Counted from the first letter of the stretch, positions 48,673 through 58,918 are shown. The stretch is DNA of 64,000 bases from Acidobacteriota bacterium (GCA_963666055.2 CAXWPH010000015.1:608001-672000); one strand, 5' to 3'. Numbers and translations are program-made. The notes: generated by a model not told the origin, from the letters alone.

Positions 48673-49056
48673 ATGCAAAATACACGGCTCTACCGTCTCG
48701 GCCTCGGGGTAATGGCAACAGTGTTCGTGTTATCAGCAGCAGTGCAATACAACGATCCGGATCCTCTCGCCTGGGTGGCGATCTATCTGGCGGCAGCGGC
48801 CGTGTCGATGGCCGCGCTCGGCGCCATCCCGGTCGCTCGTGTGGCGATGGCCGTGGGCGCCGCGGCGACAATTTGGGCCGCCACATTGCTGCCGGTCGTC
48901 GCACGCTCTTCGCTTCCCGCCTTGTTCGAGTCGTGGGAAATGATGAGCGCCGACGTTGAAGAGGGGCGGGAGATCGGTGGCCTCCTGTTGGTTGGCGGGT
49001 GGATGGCGTTCGTTGCCTACCGTGGCTACGGGCGACCCGGGAGCACCAAATCGTGA
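48673..49056 (+). CDS. Transmembrane-220 family protein
   Basis: QYNDPDPLAWVAIY, VEEGREIGGL. Confidence 0.85.
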   Translation: MQNTRLYRLGLGVMATVFVLSAAVQYNDPDPLAWVAIYLAAAAVSMAALGAIPVARVAMAVGAAATIWAATLLPVVARSSLPALFESWEMMSADVEEGREIGGLLLVGGWMAFVAYRGYGRPGSTKS

Positions 49057-50492
49057 GCTTGGGAGTCGTCGATCTGGCCATCCTATTGCTGTACTTCGTG
49101 GTCGTTATCGCCCTGGGCTACACGGCGATGCGCAAGACGAAACGGTTCGACGACTACGCCGTTGCCGGCCGACGCCTGCCGGTGGTGTTCCTGTTCGCCA
49201 CCATGGCAGCAACCGCGACCGGCGGCGCGGCGACCGTGGGCCGAGCCTCTCAGGCGTATCAGGCCGGCATCGTGATCTTTGCCGCCACCATGGGATTCGT
49301 CCTGAATCAGCTGTTGTCGGGCCTGTTTCTGGCGCCGCGCATTCGCGCAATCGGCAAGCTCTATACGGTCGGCGACGTCATGGGCTTCTATTACGGTCGC
49401 GCCGCGCGGGCGCTTACCGGCCTCTTATCGTTCCTCTACAGCGTCACCCTGTTCGGCGTTCAACTGCTGGCGATGGGACGGATCCTGCAAACCATCACCG
49501 GTCTCCCGCTGGTGCCGTTGACGATTGCGGGGTCGATCGTCACCGTGATCTACACCGGACTCGGCGGCATCTGGGCGGTGATTTACACGGATCTGCTGCA
49601 GTTTCTCGTCCTCGCCTTCGGCATCACGACGGCAGCGGTGGTCGCGGTTCACGCGGCGGGCGGCGTCGATGCGCTGGTGAGTGGACTCGACCCGGTGTTG
49701 TTGAGCCCAGCGGGCACCTGGCCAACCTCGCAGATCGTGGCAGTCTTCGTGGCATTTCTGCTCGGCGAAGCGCTCGCCCCGTACTTCGTGCAGCGTTACG
49801 CGGCTACCAAGAGCCCGTCGGACACTCGCTGGGGGGTGACGCTCTTCGGCGCCTACTACGGCTTCTACACCATCGTCGTGATCGCCCTGGGCTTGGCCGG
49901 CGCGATGCTTCTGAGCGACACCGAGCCCGATCTGGTGCTGACCACCATCGTGCGCGATTTCCTGCCGCTCGGTCTCAAGGGCCTGGTATTCGCGGCGCTG
50001 CTTGCCGCCGTGATGTCGACCGGGGACTCGATCCTCAACAACGCCTCGGTGATCTTCACGCGCGACATCTACCGGATGTTTCTCCGCCACGAGGCCAGCG
50101 ACGCACGCATGCTCCTTTGGGCTCGTATCAGCACCTTGGCCATTGGCGCCGCCGGGGTGGCCGCTGCGCTGAGCCTGCCGGACGTGTTTCAGCTACTCAT
50201 TTACACGTACACGTTGTGGGCACCGTCGATTGTTCCACCTCTCGTGGTGGCACTGCTCTGGGGTGGGGCCCGGCAGCGACGCGTGGCGCCGCGCGCGGCG
50301 GTACCGGCGATCGTAGCGGGGATGACGACGACGTTTCTCTGGGGAACGCCTTTGCTCGGCGAGCCACTGGGCATCCCACCCGTCGTCGCAGGAGTGTTCG
50401 CCAACCTGCTGGTGCTCTACCTGGCACACACGGCGACGCGCAACATGGCGCCGACCGGGATCTTCCGCGCCGAGGAGGTTGAAGCAGGATGA
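49053..50492 (+). CDS. Sodium:solute symporter family protein
   Basis: DYAVAGR, YTGLGGIWAVIYTD, QRYAA, AAVMSTGDS; GTGA overlap. Confidence 0.92.
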   Translation: MSLGVVDLAILLLYFVVVIALGYTAMRKTKRFDDYAVAGRRLPVVFLFATMAATATGGAATVGRASQAYQAGIVIFAATMGFVLNQLLSGLFLAPRIRAIGKLYTVGDVMGFYYGRAARALTGLLSFLYSVTLFGVQLLAMGRILQTITGLPLVPLTIAGSIVTVIYTGLGGIWAVIYTDLLQFLVLAFGITTAAVVAVHAAGGVDALVSGLDPVLLSPAGTWPTSQIVAVFVAFLLGEALAPYFVQRYAATKSPSDTRWGVTLFGAYYGFYTIVVIALGLAGAMLLSDTEPDLVLTTIVRDFLPLGLKGLVFAALLAAVMSTGDSILNNASVIFTRDIYRMFLRHEASDARMLLWARISTLAIGAAGVAAALSLPDVFQLLIYTYTLWAPSIVPPLVVALLWGGARQRRVAPRAAVPAIVAGMTTTFLWGTPLLGEPLGIPPVVAGVFANLLVLYLAHTATRNMAPTGIFRAEEVEAG

Positions 50493-50602
50493 GCTTCTGG
50501 GGGCTCCTGTTCTACGTCTCGACAGCGGTCGTCTACATTGCGGTCGGAGCGACTGTCGTGGGCTGGATCCGGTCGCTACGCTCCGACCCGCCGCACCGCT
50601 AG
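50489..50602 (+). CDS. 37-aa single-TM small protein coupled to the symporter
   Basis: MSFWGLLFYVSTAVVYIAVGATVVGWIRSLRSDPPHR; GAGGAGG RBS, ATGA overlap. Confidence 0.65.
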   Translation: MSFWGLLFYVSTAVVYIAVGATVVGWIRSLRSDPPHR

Positions 50603-50628
50603 CAGGCCGTTGCTACGCGACGCGCAGG

Positions 50629-52275
50629 TCATCTTCGCTCGTAGACGACCTTGCCATCCACGATCGTGATGTCTGCCTTGATCGACATGAGCTGATCGGG
50701 CGGCACGCTCAGCGGATCATCGCTCAGCACCACCATGTCGGCGAGCTTCCCTACTTCGAGGCTGCCCTTGATGTCTTCCTCGAACCCCGAGTACGCCGCC
50801 CAGATGGTGTGCATCTTGATGGCATCCATTACCGAGATCGCCTCGTCCGGATCGACCTCGGTACCGAACTTGCTGGTGCGCAGTACAGCACGCGTGAACG
50901 AGAACATCGGGTTAATCGAGAACGGCTGGGTACCAACCGAATCGGCGTTGCCAGGTGGGCGGAAGCCTCGATCGATGAGCGTCTTGAGAACGTAGAGGCG
51001 CGGCCGCCCCGGCTGCTGCAACAGTTCGTTGGTGGTGCGCCAGATGAAGGATGCTTGTGGCACCGGAATGACGTTGAGCTGCTCCATGCGGTCGAGAATC
51101 TTGTCGTCGACCAGGAAATTTCCGAAGTGCTCGATGCGGTGGCGGTGGTCCTCGCGTGGGTATTTTTCGAGAGCTGCCTCGAAAGCGTCGAGGGCGAGAT
51201 TCTGGGCCCGGTCGCCGTTGCAGTGGATCCAGACCTGCCAGCCGGCGGCGTGCGCTTTCTCCACTTCCTCGCGTAGCTGCTCAGGCGAGCGGCTCAGGTT
51301 GCCGAAGTTGTCGGTGGTTCCATAAGCCGGTGCGGAGGTGGCCGCGGTGGTTCCCCAGACGCCATCGAGCAGGATCTTGATGCCACCGATCTTCAGCCAG
51401 TCATCGCCGAAGCCGGTGCGCAGCCCGGTGCTAAGAAGGGCGTCGAGGTCAAAGCTGCGTAGGAAAAACGAGATCGACAGCCTGACGGGTGGCAGCTCGC
51501 CAGCGTCACGAAGTTCCTGGTAGGCACGTATCCCGTCGAGGCTGTCCATCGTGTACACGCTGGTCACGCCCTGCTCGAGCCACAGCTTCGTCAGTGTCGG
51601 CGGAATCACTCGCAGCGTGTCCTCGTAGGTCGGGATCGGAGTGTGGAGCAACTGCCGCGCGTCGCGGAAGATCCCGGTGGGCTCTCCGTCTGCGTCCCTC
51701 TCGATCACGCCGCCAGGTGGGGCGACCGTGTTGCGCGTTATGCCCGAGACCTCCATCGCCATGCGATTGGCGACCACATCGTGGGCGCTCCAGCGAATCA
51801 CCACAGGGTGATCGGGAACCGCCACATCGAGCTGTTCGCGGCTGGGCATCGGCTGGTAGTAGGTACCCTGCCCCTCGATCCAGGCGCCCGGCGGCAGCTC
51901 GGCCGCCCGCGCTTTCACCGCCTCGAGCACGTCTTGTGCGGTCTCGAGCGGCGGGATCGCAACCGGCAGGCGAAACGCGTCGCCCTGGGAGCTGCCCTCG
52001 ACATGGTTGTGAGCGTCGATGAACCCGGGAAGCAAGACGCGGCCACCCAGCTCGATGACCTGCGTGTGCGCGCCTACCAACGCGTCGATCGCCACATTAG
52101 ATCCGACCGCAACGATTCGGTTCCCCGCGACCGCCACCGCCTCGGCGATCGTCCCCGCTTCATCGACGGCGACGACCTTGCCGCCGCGCAGAATCAGGTC
52201 GGCCGAAGTCTGAGAGGCTGGCTGGGTGAACCCCAACCCGGCGACGAGGATCAACAGCAGCGCGACGTTCTGCAC
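50629..52275 (-). CDS. YtcJ-like amidohydrolase (family 3), secreted
   Basis: PGFIDAHNH, IKILLDG, HCNGDRA, HRIEH, GSLEVGKLAD. Confidence 0.92.
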   Translation of the reverse strand: MQNVALLLILVAGLGFTQPASQTSADLILRGGKVVAVDEAGTIAEAVAVAGNRIVAVGSNVAIDALVGAHTQVIELGGRVLLPGFIDAHNHVEGSSQGDAFRLPVAIPPLETAQDVLEAVKARAAELPPGAWIEGQGTYYQPMPSREQLDVAVPDHPVVIRWSAHDVVANRMAMEVSGITRNTVAPPGGVIERDADGEPTGIFRDARQLLHTPIPTYEDTLRVIPPTLTKLWLEQGVTSVYTMDSLDGIRAYQELRDAGELPPVRLSISFFLRSFDLDALLSTGLRTGFGDDWLKIGGIKILLDGVWGTTAATSAPAYGTTDNFGNLSRSPEQLREEVEKAHAAGWQVWIHCNGDRAQNLALDAFEAALEKYPREDHRHRIEHFGNFLVDDKILDRMEQLNVIPVPQASFIWRTTNELLQQPGRPRLYVLKTLIDRGFRPPGNADSVGTQPFSINPMFSFTRAVLRTSKFGTEVDPDEAISVMDAIKMHTIWAAYSGFEEDIKGSLEVGKLADMVVLSDDPLSVPPDQLMSIKADITIVDGKVVYERR

Positions 52276-52489
52276 GTGGTTCGCACCCGGTCAGTGGGCG
52301 GCTGGCAGGCTGCCGATCCGCCCGTAATGGAGGAATAGGTTCCGGGATCGGCGACAACGAGCGTCACGGCCCCCGACATTGGGCTCGTTGTACCCCCGGG
52401 ACGTCGAGCAACGCAACCTCCGCGACGCTAGTTGGCGCGTAGGCTGCGGACAGGATCCTGCGCCGTGGCGCGGCGAGCGGGAACCAGGC

Positions 52490-52950
52490 AAGCGACTCAT
52501 CCACGGGGATCTCCGGAGCGACGGCCCAGACCGCCTGACGAACCTCGGCAGCGACTTGCAATCCCGGCTCGACCCGCACGGCGAAGTAGTAGCGGCCAAA
52601 GTAAACGCTCCACTCATCCAACAGAATGTAGACCAGGGGGCCCGGCTCCTCACTTTGCCCCCAATGATGGACGTCCTCGAGCACCCCGCCGATCTCGACG
52701 TCAATGTCGGGCGACAGGTCGCCCGTGATAACAAACGGCAGGGTCGTTCCCAGGCCCGCCTGGCGAACGCCCGGTATGGCGCGCAGGCGCTGCAACATGT
52801 TGCGGACCGCGACCGTGCGCGCCTCGCCGTCGTACCGCTCGACGGGAACGCGGAAGGTGATCAAGTCCTCGGTATCGAAGCCGGGCTCGACCGCAGTAAG
52901 ACGCAAGCAGCTGTGAAACAGCAGCCCGGCGCCGACCAACAGCACGACGC
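52490..52950 (-). pseudogene. Internal fragment of an ADOP/MacB-type ABC permease
   Basis: VLLVGAGLL..S..RL..V.PGFD, GV..DV...G...P..Y, VRQAVWAVAPEIPV; no start or end, internal deletion. Confidence 0.75.
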
Positions 52951-52967
52951 CTTGATCTTGCGGCCCG

Positions 52968-54677
52968 CTAGCGAGGGCGCTGCCGCTCCAGCACCACGCC
53001 CGGGAGCTCCATGGTCGGTTCTCCCCCGTCGACCACGAAGCTACCGTTCGCCAGCACCCAGGTCATCCCTTCCTGGTAGACGTAGGGGTTCAGGTAGGTA
53101 GCCTCGCTGCGCACCGTGTCGGGGTTAAACACTACGAGGTCGGCCTTCTGGCCAACCGCAACCCGACCGCGATCGGTGAGGCCCAGGATCTGCGCCGACA
53201 GGCCGGTCATCGAGCGGATCGCATGCGGCAGCGTGATCGTGCCGCGATTGAAGACGAACTCGCGCAGCAGCCGCCCCGAGGTGCCGTACTCCCCCGGGTG
53301 GGTCGACTTGCTGGTGCGGCTGCCGTCGTCGGACCCGCGGTCGAGCGACACGGCGGTGTAGTCCTGCCGCATCCATTCCTCGATGTCGATCATGCCGACG
53401 GCCTTGGCCATCCAGAGCACCCCGCCGGGCTGATCCAGACCGTTCATTTGTAGCCAGATAATGGTGCCGAAGAGGTCGCCGCCACGCTCATCCACCACTT
53501 CAGCGAGCGTTTTGCCCACCAAGGCCGGATCAGGAAAGTCGACGATGATCAGGTTGTCGGCGCCGCCCTGACGGATCATCTCGTACTCGGCGTCGGTGCG
53601 AATCATCTCGCGCAGCTCGGGATCGAGCAGTCGTTCCTCGAGGTTGCCCAGCATGTCGGTGTAGTCGGCCGGCGGAAAGTCGTCGGAGGCACTCTGGCCT
53701 GGCACCTCCTCGCGCACCAGCGCCCAGCGCGGCACCAGCGTCACGTAGGCGGAGTAGCCCTCGTAGGAGTGCATGTTGATGTAGACCTGGTGACCGTCCC
53801 GCCACGCCCCGTCGATCAGCTGCGTCGTCGCCCTGCTGAGCCCCCACTCGCGCGGCCCCTTGGGGTGGATGTGGTCGAGCATGACCGGCAGTCCCGCCAC
53901 CCTCCCCACGTTGATTACTTCCATGATGGCGTCGAGCCAGTCCACGTGTCGCTGGGTCGGATGATCCATGTGGCTCGGGAGCAGCCACTTCGAGTAGCGC
54001 CCCTGGCTGCGCATGTGGGCCTGGAAGTGCCCGCCGTACTCGGCCACGACCTTGGCCAGCTCCTGCAGCTCCTCCTCGGCGCTGTAGCGCATCGGGTTGT
54101 ACTCCAGCCCGGTGCTGAGGCCAAAGGCGCCGTCTTCCATACCTTCTCGAACCAGCGCCCTCATGCGCTCGATCTCCTCGTCGGTAGCATGGCGCATGAC
54201 CTCGTGGGGCTCCTCGCCCATCACCAGCCGGCGCACAACACCATGCCCCACCAACGGCACCAGGTTGGGCGCGTGTCCGATCCTCTCGAACGCCTCGCGT
54301 TGCTCACGCAGTGGCCAGATACCGCCGAACAGGCCGTCCGCGTTGATCACCAACGTGGTGAACCCTTGTGTCGTGTAGTTGGTTACCCGATTGTGGCCTG
54401 CCAAGATGTCGCGATCGACGTGCTCGTGCAGGCCGATGAAGCCAGGCGTCACGTAGTGACCGGCAGCATTGACGACGCGCGTGGCGGTGGCCCCATCGAG
54501 GTCCCCCAGCGCCACGATCTCGTCGCCGCGAATGCCAACGTCAGCATAAAAGAACGGATTGCCCGACCCGTCGAGAACCCGACCGTTGCGGATGATCGTG
54601 TCGAACTCCTGCGCCGGCGCCGCGCCCCAAGCCGCGGCGAGCGCCAGGGCGACAACGGGTACGCCGAATCTCTTCAT
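52968..54677 (-). CDS. Secreted N-acyl-D-amino-acid deacylase-like amidohydrolase
   Basis: MKRFG signal, DGSGNPF, PGFIGLHEH, GLSTGLEY, HPGEYGT, ADLVVFN. Confidence 0.88.
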   Translation of the reverse strand: MKRFGVPVVALALAAAWGAAPAQEFDTIIRNGRVLDGSGNPFFYADVGIRGDEIVALGDLDGATATRVVNAAGHYVTPGFIGLHEHVDRDILAGHNRVTNYTTQGFTTLVINADGLFGGIWPLREQREAFERIGHAPNLVPLVGHGVVRRLVMGEEPHEVMRHATDEEIERMRALVREGMEDGAFGLSTGLEYNPMRYSAEEELQELAKVVAEYGGHFQAHMRSQGRYSKWLLPSHMDHPTQRHVDWLDAIMEVINVGRVAGLPVMLDHIHPKGPREWGLSRATTQLIDGAWRDGHQVYINMHSYEGYSAYVTLVPRWALVREEVPGQSASDDFPPADYTDMLGNLEERLLDPELREMIRTDAEYEMIRQGGADNLIIVDFPDPALVGKTLAEVVDERGGDLFGTIIWLQMNGLDQPGGVLWMAKAVGMIDIEEWMRQDYTAVSLDRGSDDGSRTSKSTHPGEYGTSGRLLREFVFNRGTITLPHAIRSMTGLSAQILGLTDRGRVAVGQKADLVVFNPDTVRSEATYLNPYVYQEGMTWVLANGSFVVDGGEPTMELPGVVLERQRPR

Positions 54678-54682
54678 TATCG

Positions 54683-56551
54683 TCACTCCAGAGATGCTCT
54701 TCGGGTGGCTGGTACGACGGGCAACAGCAGGTAGGAAGGCCGCCGCACATCGTGGAACACGCTCTGCTCCGCCGTCCGCAGCTCTGCATCGACGCCGAAC
54801 GTGGCTCCGGTATTGAGATTGCGGTCGAAGCGCGGGAAGTTGCTGCTGGAGATCTCCAGGCGGATCCGATGGCCCTTCTGGAACACGTTGCTGGTGGCTA
54901 GAAGATCGATCCTCAGCTCCACCGGCACGCCCGGTGCGAGCAGCTCGGGGCTCATCTTTCCGTTGCGGTAGCGGGTCCGCAAGATCCCGTCGGTGAGCGT
55001 GCGGGCGGAACCGTCCGATGCGACATCGATGAGCTTGCCGGTGAAGTCGGTGTCCGGCGCCGAGGACGCTACCCACAAGACCAGCTCGATATAGCCCGTG
55101 ACCTCGAGGTCGGCGGGCATCGCCTCGCTGCTGTAGACGAGTACATCGGAGCGCGTCTCGACGTGCGAGGGATCCGCTGGCGCGCGTGAGTAGCCGCTCA
55201 TGGCGCCGGTGGCGACCGGATCCGCAGGGTCGTAGATATAGCGATCCGGCGCTTCGTGGGCCGGAGCCACGACACTCAGGAATCCATCGCCGCCCACAGT
55301 GTTGGCGTGGCCGCCGCTGTGCAGGTAGTAGCGTACCGGCTGCGCGCGCGACAGCGGCCACTGGCGCTCGTCGCGCCACCGGTTCGCGCCCATCACGAAT
55401 ATCCGCACGGGCGCGGAATCCATCACCGACGCGTCACCACCGCGAAGCCAGAAGTCGTACCAACGGAGGAGCAAGTCCTCGTAATCGAGTCCGGCGTCCG
55501 GACCGAAATCGATGTCACCGATGCTCGTGCTCGCCAGCGTAGGGCCGGAATGCGTCCATGGGCCGACGATGAGCCGCTGCCCCCGGCGAGCTTCCCCCGT
55601 GCCGGCACCGGCTCGCAGGCCGCTGAAGTTCTCCAGAGTGCCCCGCAGCAGGGTGTCGTACCAACCGGTGACGTGCAGCGCTGGGGTCTCGAAGCTACCG
55701 TGGCGACTGGCGATGTCGAAAGTCTGCCAGAACTCGTCGTCGCTCGGGTGAGCCAGCATCTGGAAGTAACCGGGCGCAAGGCTGCGTATGTCGAGCGTAT
55801 CCATCGCCGTCAGCGGCAACTGCCAGAGCAGCTCGTCACGTACCAGAACGCGCTGCGCAGGGGTAAGCCCGATGGGGCCATCGCGATCCTCGAAGGGTGT
55901 CCCTGCCCGCCGCCGACGGACGTCGGCCGCTTGCCCCAGGTTCCAGTACAACCCGTCCGACAGGTAGAAGACACCACCTTGGAAGACCATGTCGTAGCGG
56001 CTCGAGTACGACGAGCTCGGGGCGATTGCCACCAGGTGCGGTGGCGCCAGTGATGCCGCCATGAGCTGCGTGGTGGCGAGGTAGCTGCCGCCGTACATGC
56101 CGACCTTGCCGTCGACGTAGGGGAGCGACGCCACCCACTCGACCGTGTCGAATCCGTCCGACGCCTCGTCGTGCGGCACCGCCATACCGTCGGAGGTATA
56201 GCGACCGCGGGTATCCTGCACCACGACCACGTAGCCATGTGAGCTCAGCCGGCGAAATCGCTCCGCAGAGTTGCCGCTGCTCTTGGAGTACGGCGTGCGG
56301 CGCAACAACGCTGGATAGCGCCCCGGAGCGTCTGGCCGGTAAACATCGGCGCGCAGCACGACACCGTCTCGCATGCTGGCGGCGACGTTCTTGTCGACCA
56401 CGACCTCGTACGGCTGCGACGCGTGGGTGGAACCCGCCACCGCGCCGACGACGACGCATGCCATCACCGATATGAAGCGGTTGCCTCGAAGCCGCCGGGG
56501 GGGCCGCAAGGCGTCGACTGGCAACATTGGCGCTGGTCTCCGTTGGCTCAT
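54683..56551 (-). CDS. CocE/NonD family hydrolase
   Basis: MRDGVVLRADVYRP, RTPY, QDTRGRY, GGSYLA, GWYD, GPWTH, SSSNFPRFDRN; start uncertain. Confidence 0.92.
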   Translation of the reverse strand: MSQRRPAPMLPVDALRPPRRLRGNRFISVMACVVVGAVAGSTHASQPYEVVVDKNVAASMRDGVVLRADVYRPDAPGRYPALLRRTPYSKSSGNSAERFRRLSSHGYVVVVQDTRGRYTSDGMAVPHDEASDGFDTVEWVASLPYVDGKVGMYGGSYLATTQLMAASLAPPHLVAIAPSSSYSSRYDMVFQGGVFYLSDGLYWNLGQAADVRRRRAGTPFEDRDGPIGLTPAQRVLVRDELLWQLPLTAMDTLDIRSLAPGYFQMLAHPSDDEFWQTFDIASRHGSFETPALHVTGWYDTLLRGTLENFSGLRAGAGTGEARRGQRLIVGPWTHSGPTLASTSIGDIDFGPDAGLDYEDLLLRWYDFWLRGGDASVMDSAPVRIFVMGANRWRDERQWPLSRAQPVRYYLHSGGHANTVGGDGFLSVVAPAHEAPDRYIYDPADPVATGAMSGYSRAPADPSHVETRSDVLVYSSEAMPADLEVTGYIELVLWVASSAPDTDFTGKLIDVASDGSARTLTDGILRTRYRNGKMSPELLAPGVPVELRIDLLATSNVFQKGHRIRLEISSSNFPRFDRNLNTGATFGVDAELRTAEQSVFHDVRRPSYLLLPVVPATRRASLE

Positions 56552-56663
56552 ACGATAGGCTCGCCGGAGTTGACGCTACCATCCCTCCCCGCAGTCATCG
56601 GTGGCCGGGCCGTAGCGCGCGCGCCGACCGGCAACATGGGACCGCAGCAAGGGAGACATTCGC

Positions 56664-57572
56664 GTGAGTGAGCCGATCGAGTACATAACACGCATCGGAG
56701 AAAAATACGCGTCGCTCGGCTACGGCATCTACCAATGGGCCCACGTCGAGGAGCCGCCACCCTGGCTGCCGCTGCAGAAACCGCTGTCGGAGTGTCGCCT
56801 CGGATTGATCGCCTCCGGCGGCGTCTACATCGCCGGGCAGCAGGCATTCCACTACAAGGACGACACCTCGCTGCGCGTCATTCCGAGGGACGTCAACACC
56901 GCGGATCTCCGCGCTACTCACTTCGCCTACGACCTCACCGACGCCCGCCATGATCCGAACGTGGTGTTCCCGATCGATACGCTGCGTGGCCTACAGCGCG
57001 ACGGCGTCATCGGATCGCTCGCCGAACACGCCTACACGTTCATGGGCGGGATCTACTCGTCGCGCCGCGCCCGTGAGGAGCTGGCGCCCGAGCTGGCGCG
57101 ACGGCTGTTGGCGGATCAGGTTGACGTGGCGTTGCTGGTGCCAGTTTGACCCATTTGCCATCAGTCCGTCGGACTGATCGCCAGGGACCTGGAGGAAGCG
57201 GGGATCTCCACGTTCTGCATGGCAAGCGCGCTGGACATCATGCAGGCGGCCAACCCGCCACGCATCGCTTTCCTCGACTACCCGCTCGGGCACACGGCGG
57301 GGAAACCGGATGAACCCGAGCTTCAGCGCGACATTCTCGAGCGCGTGTTCGACGGCCTGACGGCGCTGACCGCGCCCGGCACGGTCATGTTGCCGTTCAA
57401 GTGGACCGAAGACGAGGCCTGGAAGGAAACCGCCGAGCGCGGAGCGGACAAGCGGCTGCCCCGCCACGACTCACCGCAATACCAGAGCGAGGAAGATCGC
57501 CTTCTCGCCGAGGCCAATGATCCGTCATGCGCCGAATACACCCAGCAGCCGACGGCACCAACCTCGGGCTAA
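56664..57572 (+). CDS. GrdB/PrdB-like selenoprotein (Sec at UGA 57147-57149, UxxC)
   Basis: ORFs 56664-57149 and 57219-57572 are in frame; VDVALLVPV-U-PICHQSVGLIARDLEEAGIST; KPLSECRLGLIASGG, DPNVVFPI, YPLGH. Confidence 0.85.
57160..57178 (+). promoter_or_regulatory. Bacterial SECIS-like hairpin
   Basis: ATCAGTCC-GTC-GGACTGAT; apical G lies 18 nt after the UGA. Confidence 0.75.
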
Positions 57573-57580
57573 TGCGAGCG

Positions 57581-58768
57581 TTAGGCCGGTATTTCCGGAA
57601 TGCTCTGATCCAGGCCGCGCGGAATCTGCTTGTCGCCGTCGTAGAAGGGCAACGACACGATCTCGCCGGCGTGGGTCATGCCCTCGGGATCCTGCACCTC
57701 GACCTGCTTGCCTAGCCACTCACCAGGCCCGTCGAACAGCGCGAATCCAATGCCGTGTTGCAGGTACGGCGACCAGGCGCCGACCGTGACCCGGCCGACC
57801 CGTTGGCCATCGAGCATCACCTGCCCGTACGGCGCCGCCTTCAGGCTCTTGATGCCGTACAGCCGCACCCGCCTATCGGCGCTCTCGAGCGCCTGCTTGC
57901 CGATGAAGTCGGCCTTATCCATGTCGACGAACTTACCCAGGCCGGCCTGGAAGGGATTCTCCGCCGGCGTCATGTCGTTGCCGTTGCTGAGGATGCCGGC
58001 CTCGATGCGACGGCTCTCCATCGAGTCCATCGCTGTACCGACCATATCGAACGTACTCCCAGCCTCGAGAATGTGATTCCACAGCGCCGGACCATCGACG
58101 TCTTTTTGCGTCGTGTACACCTCGAAGCCAAGCTCCCCCGTCCAGCCGGTGCGCGACAGCACCAGGGGCTGCCCACCCATCGTGCACTCGGTGACGGCGA
58201 AGAAGGAGAACGGGTCGGGTGCGCCGCCGTCACAGGCGGCATCGAGAACCTCAAACGATCGTGGGCCTTGCACCTGCAACACCCACGAGTCCGGGTCGCT
58301 GACGATCACCTCCATCTCGAGACCTAGCGCCATCACCCAGCTGAAAAACTCGCCGCTCGCCAGCACATACCAGAAGCGGTCGTGGGCGAGCCGCATGAGC
58401 ACGCCGTCCATCATGATGCCGCCATCGGGGTAGCAGGCGATGGCGTATTGGGCGCGCCCGGGCTTCAGCTTCGATATGTCACGCACAAACACACGGTTCA
58501 GCAGACGCTCTGCGTCGGGTCCCGAGATCTCGATCGGGTGCTCCGGCACGTCGTAGAGCACTGCCTCGCGCCGCAGCTTCCAATAGTTGGCAACCGGGTC
58601 GTCGCCCATCGCCTCGACGGCGACCCGCCCCGCATACACGCTGTACACGGTCTCCGGCGTATATGTGCACGGAAAGAACGGCGTCCGGGCGAACCCCCAT
58701 TCCATCAGCTTGATATCGGCGTCGAGATGCTGCGGATTCGCTGGCGTGACGCGGTCTTGGGTACTCAT
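57581..58768 (-). CDS. GcvT-family aminomethyltransferase (DmdA/demethylase-like)
   Basis: LYDVP, ISGPDA, LQVQGP, RTGWTGELGFE, RRIEAG, FIGK. Confidence 0.9.
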   Translation of the reverse strand: MSTQDRVTPANPQHLDADIKLMEWGFARTPFFPCTYTPETVYSVYAGRVAVEAMGDDPVANYWKLRREAVLYDVPEHPIEISGPDAERLLNRVFVRDISKLKPGRAQYAIACYPDGGIMMDGVLMRLAHDRFWYVLASGEFFSWVMALGLEMEVIVSDPDSWVLQVQGPRSFEVLDAACDGGAPDPFSFFAVTECTMGGQPLVLSRTGWTGELGFEVYTTQKDVDGPALWNHILEAGSTFDMVGTAMDSMESRRIEAGILSNGNDMTPAENPFQAGLGKFVDMDKADFIGKQALESADRRVRLYGIKSLKAAPYGQVMLDGQRVGRVTVGAWSPYLQHGIGFALFDGPGEWLGKQVEVQDPEGMTHAGEIVSLPFYDGDKQIPRGLDQSIPEIPA

Positions 58769-58918
58769 GATCCCTCGGTGTGTGCGAGGCCCGAGGCGTT
58801 CGGACGGCTGATGCGTGCGCCGTTCGACACGGCGGGCATTCTTATCATGGGGTGACCGTGGCGAGAGACGATACACGCCTTCGTCGGTTGCAGTGACCCG
58901 GCGCCGATCAAGCCGACG

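Noticed and set aside
48956-50482. Long alternative-frame ORFs (also 3272-4435, 33623-34648, 13722-14771)
   Set aside because: Shadow ORFs typical of high-GC DNA overlapping well-supported genes.
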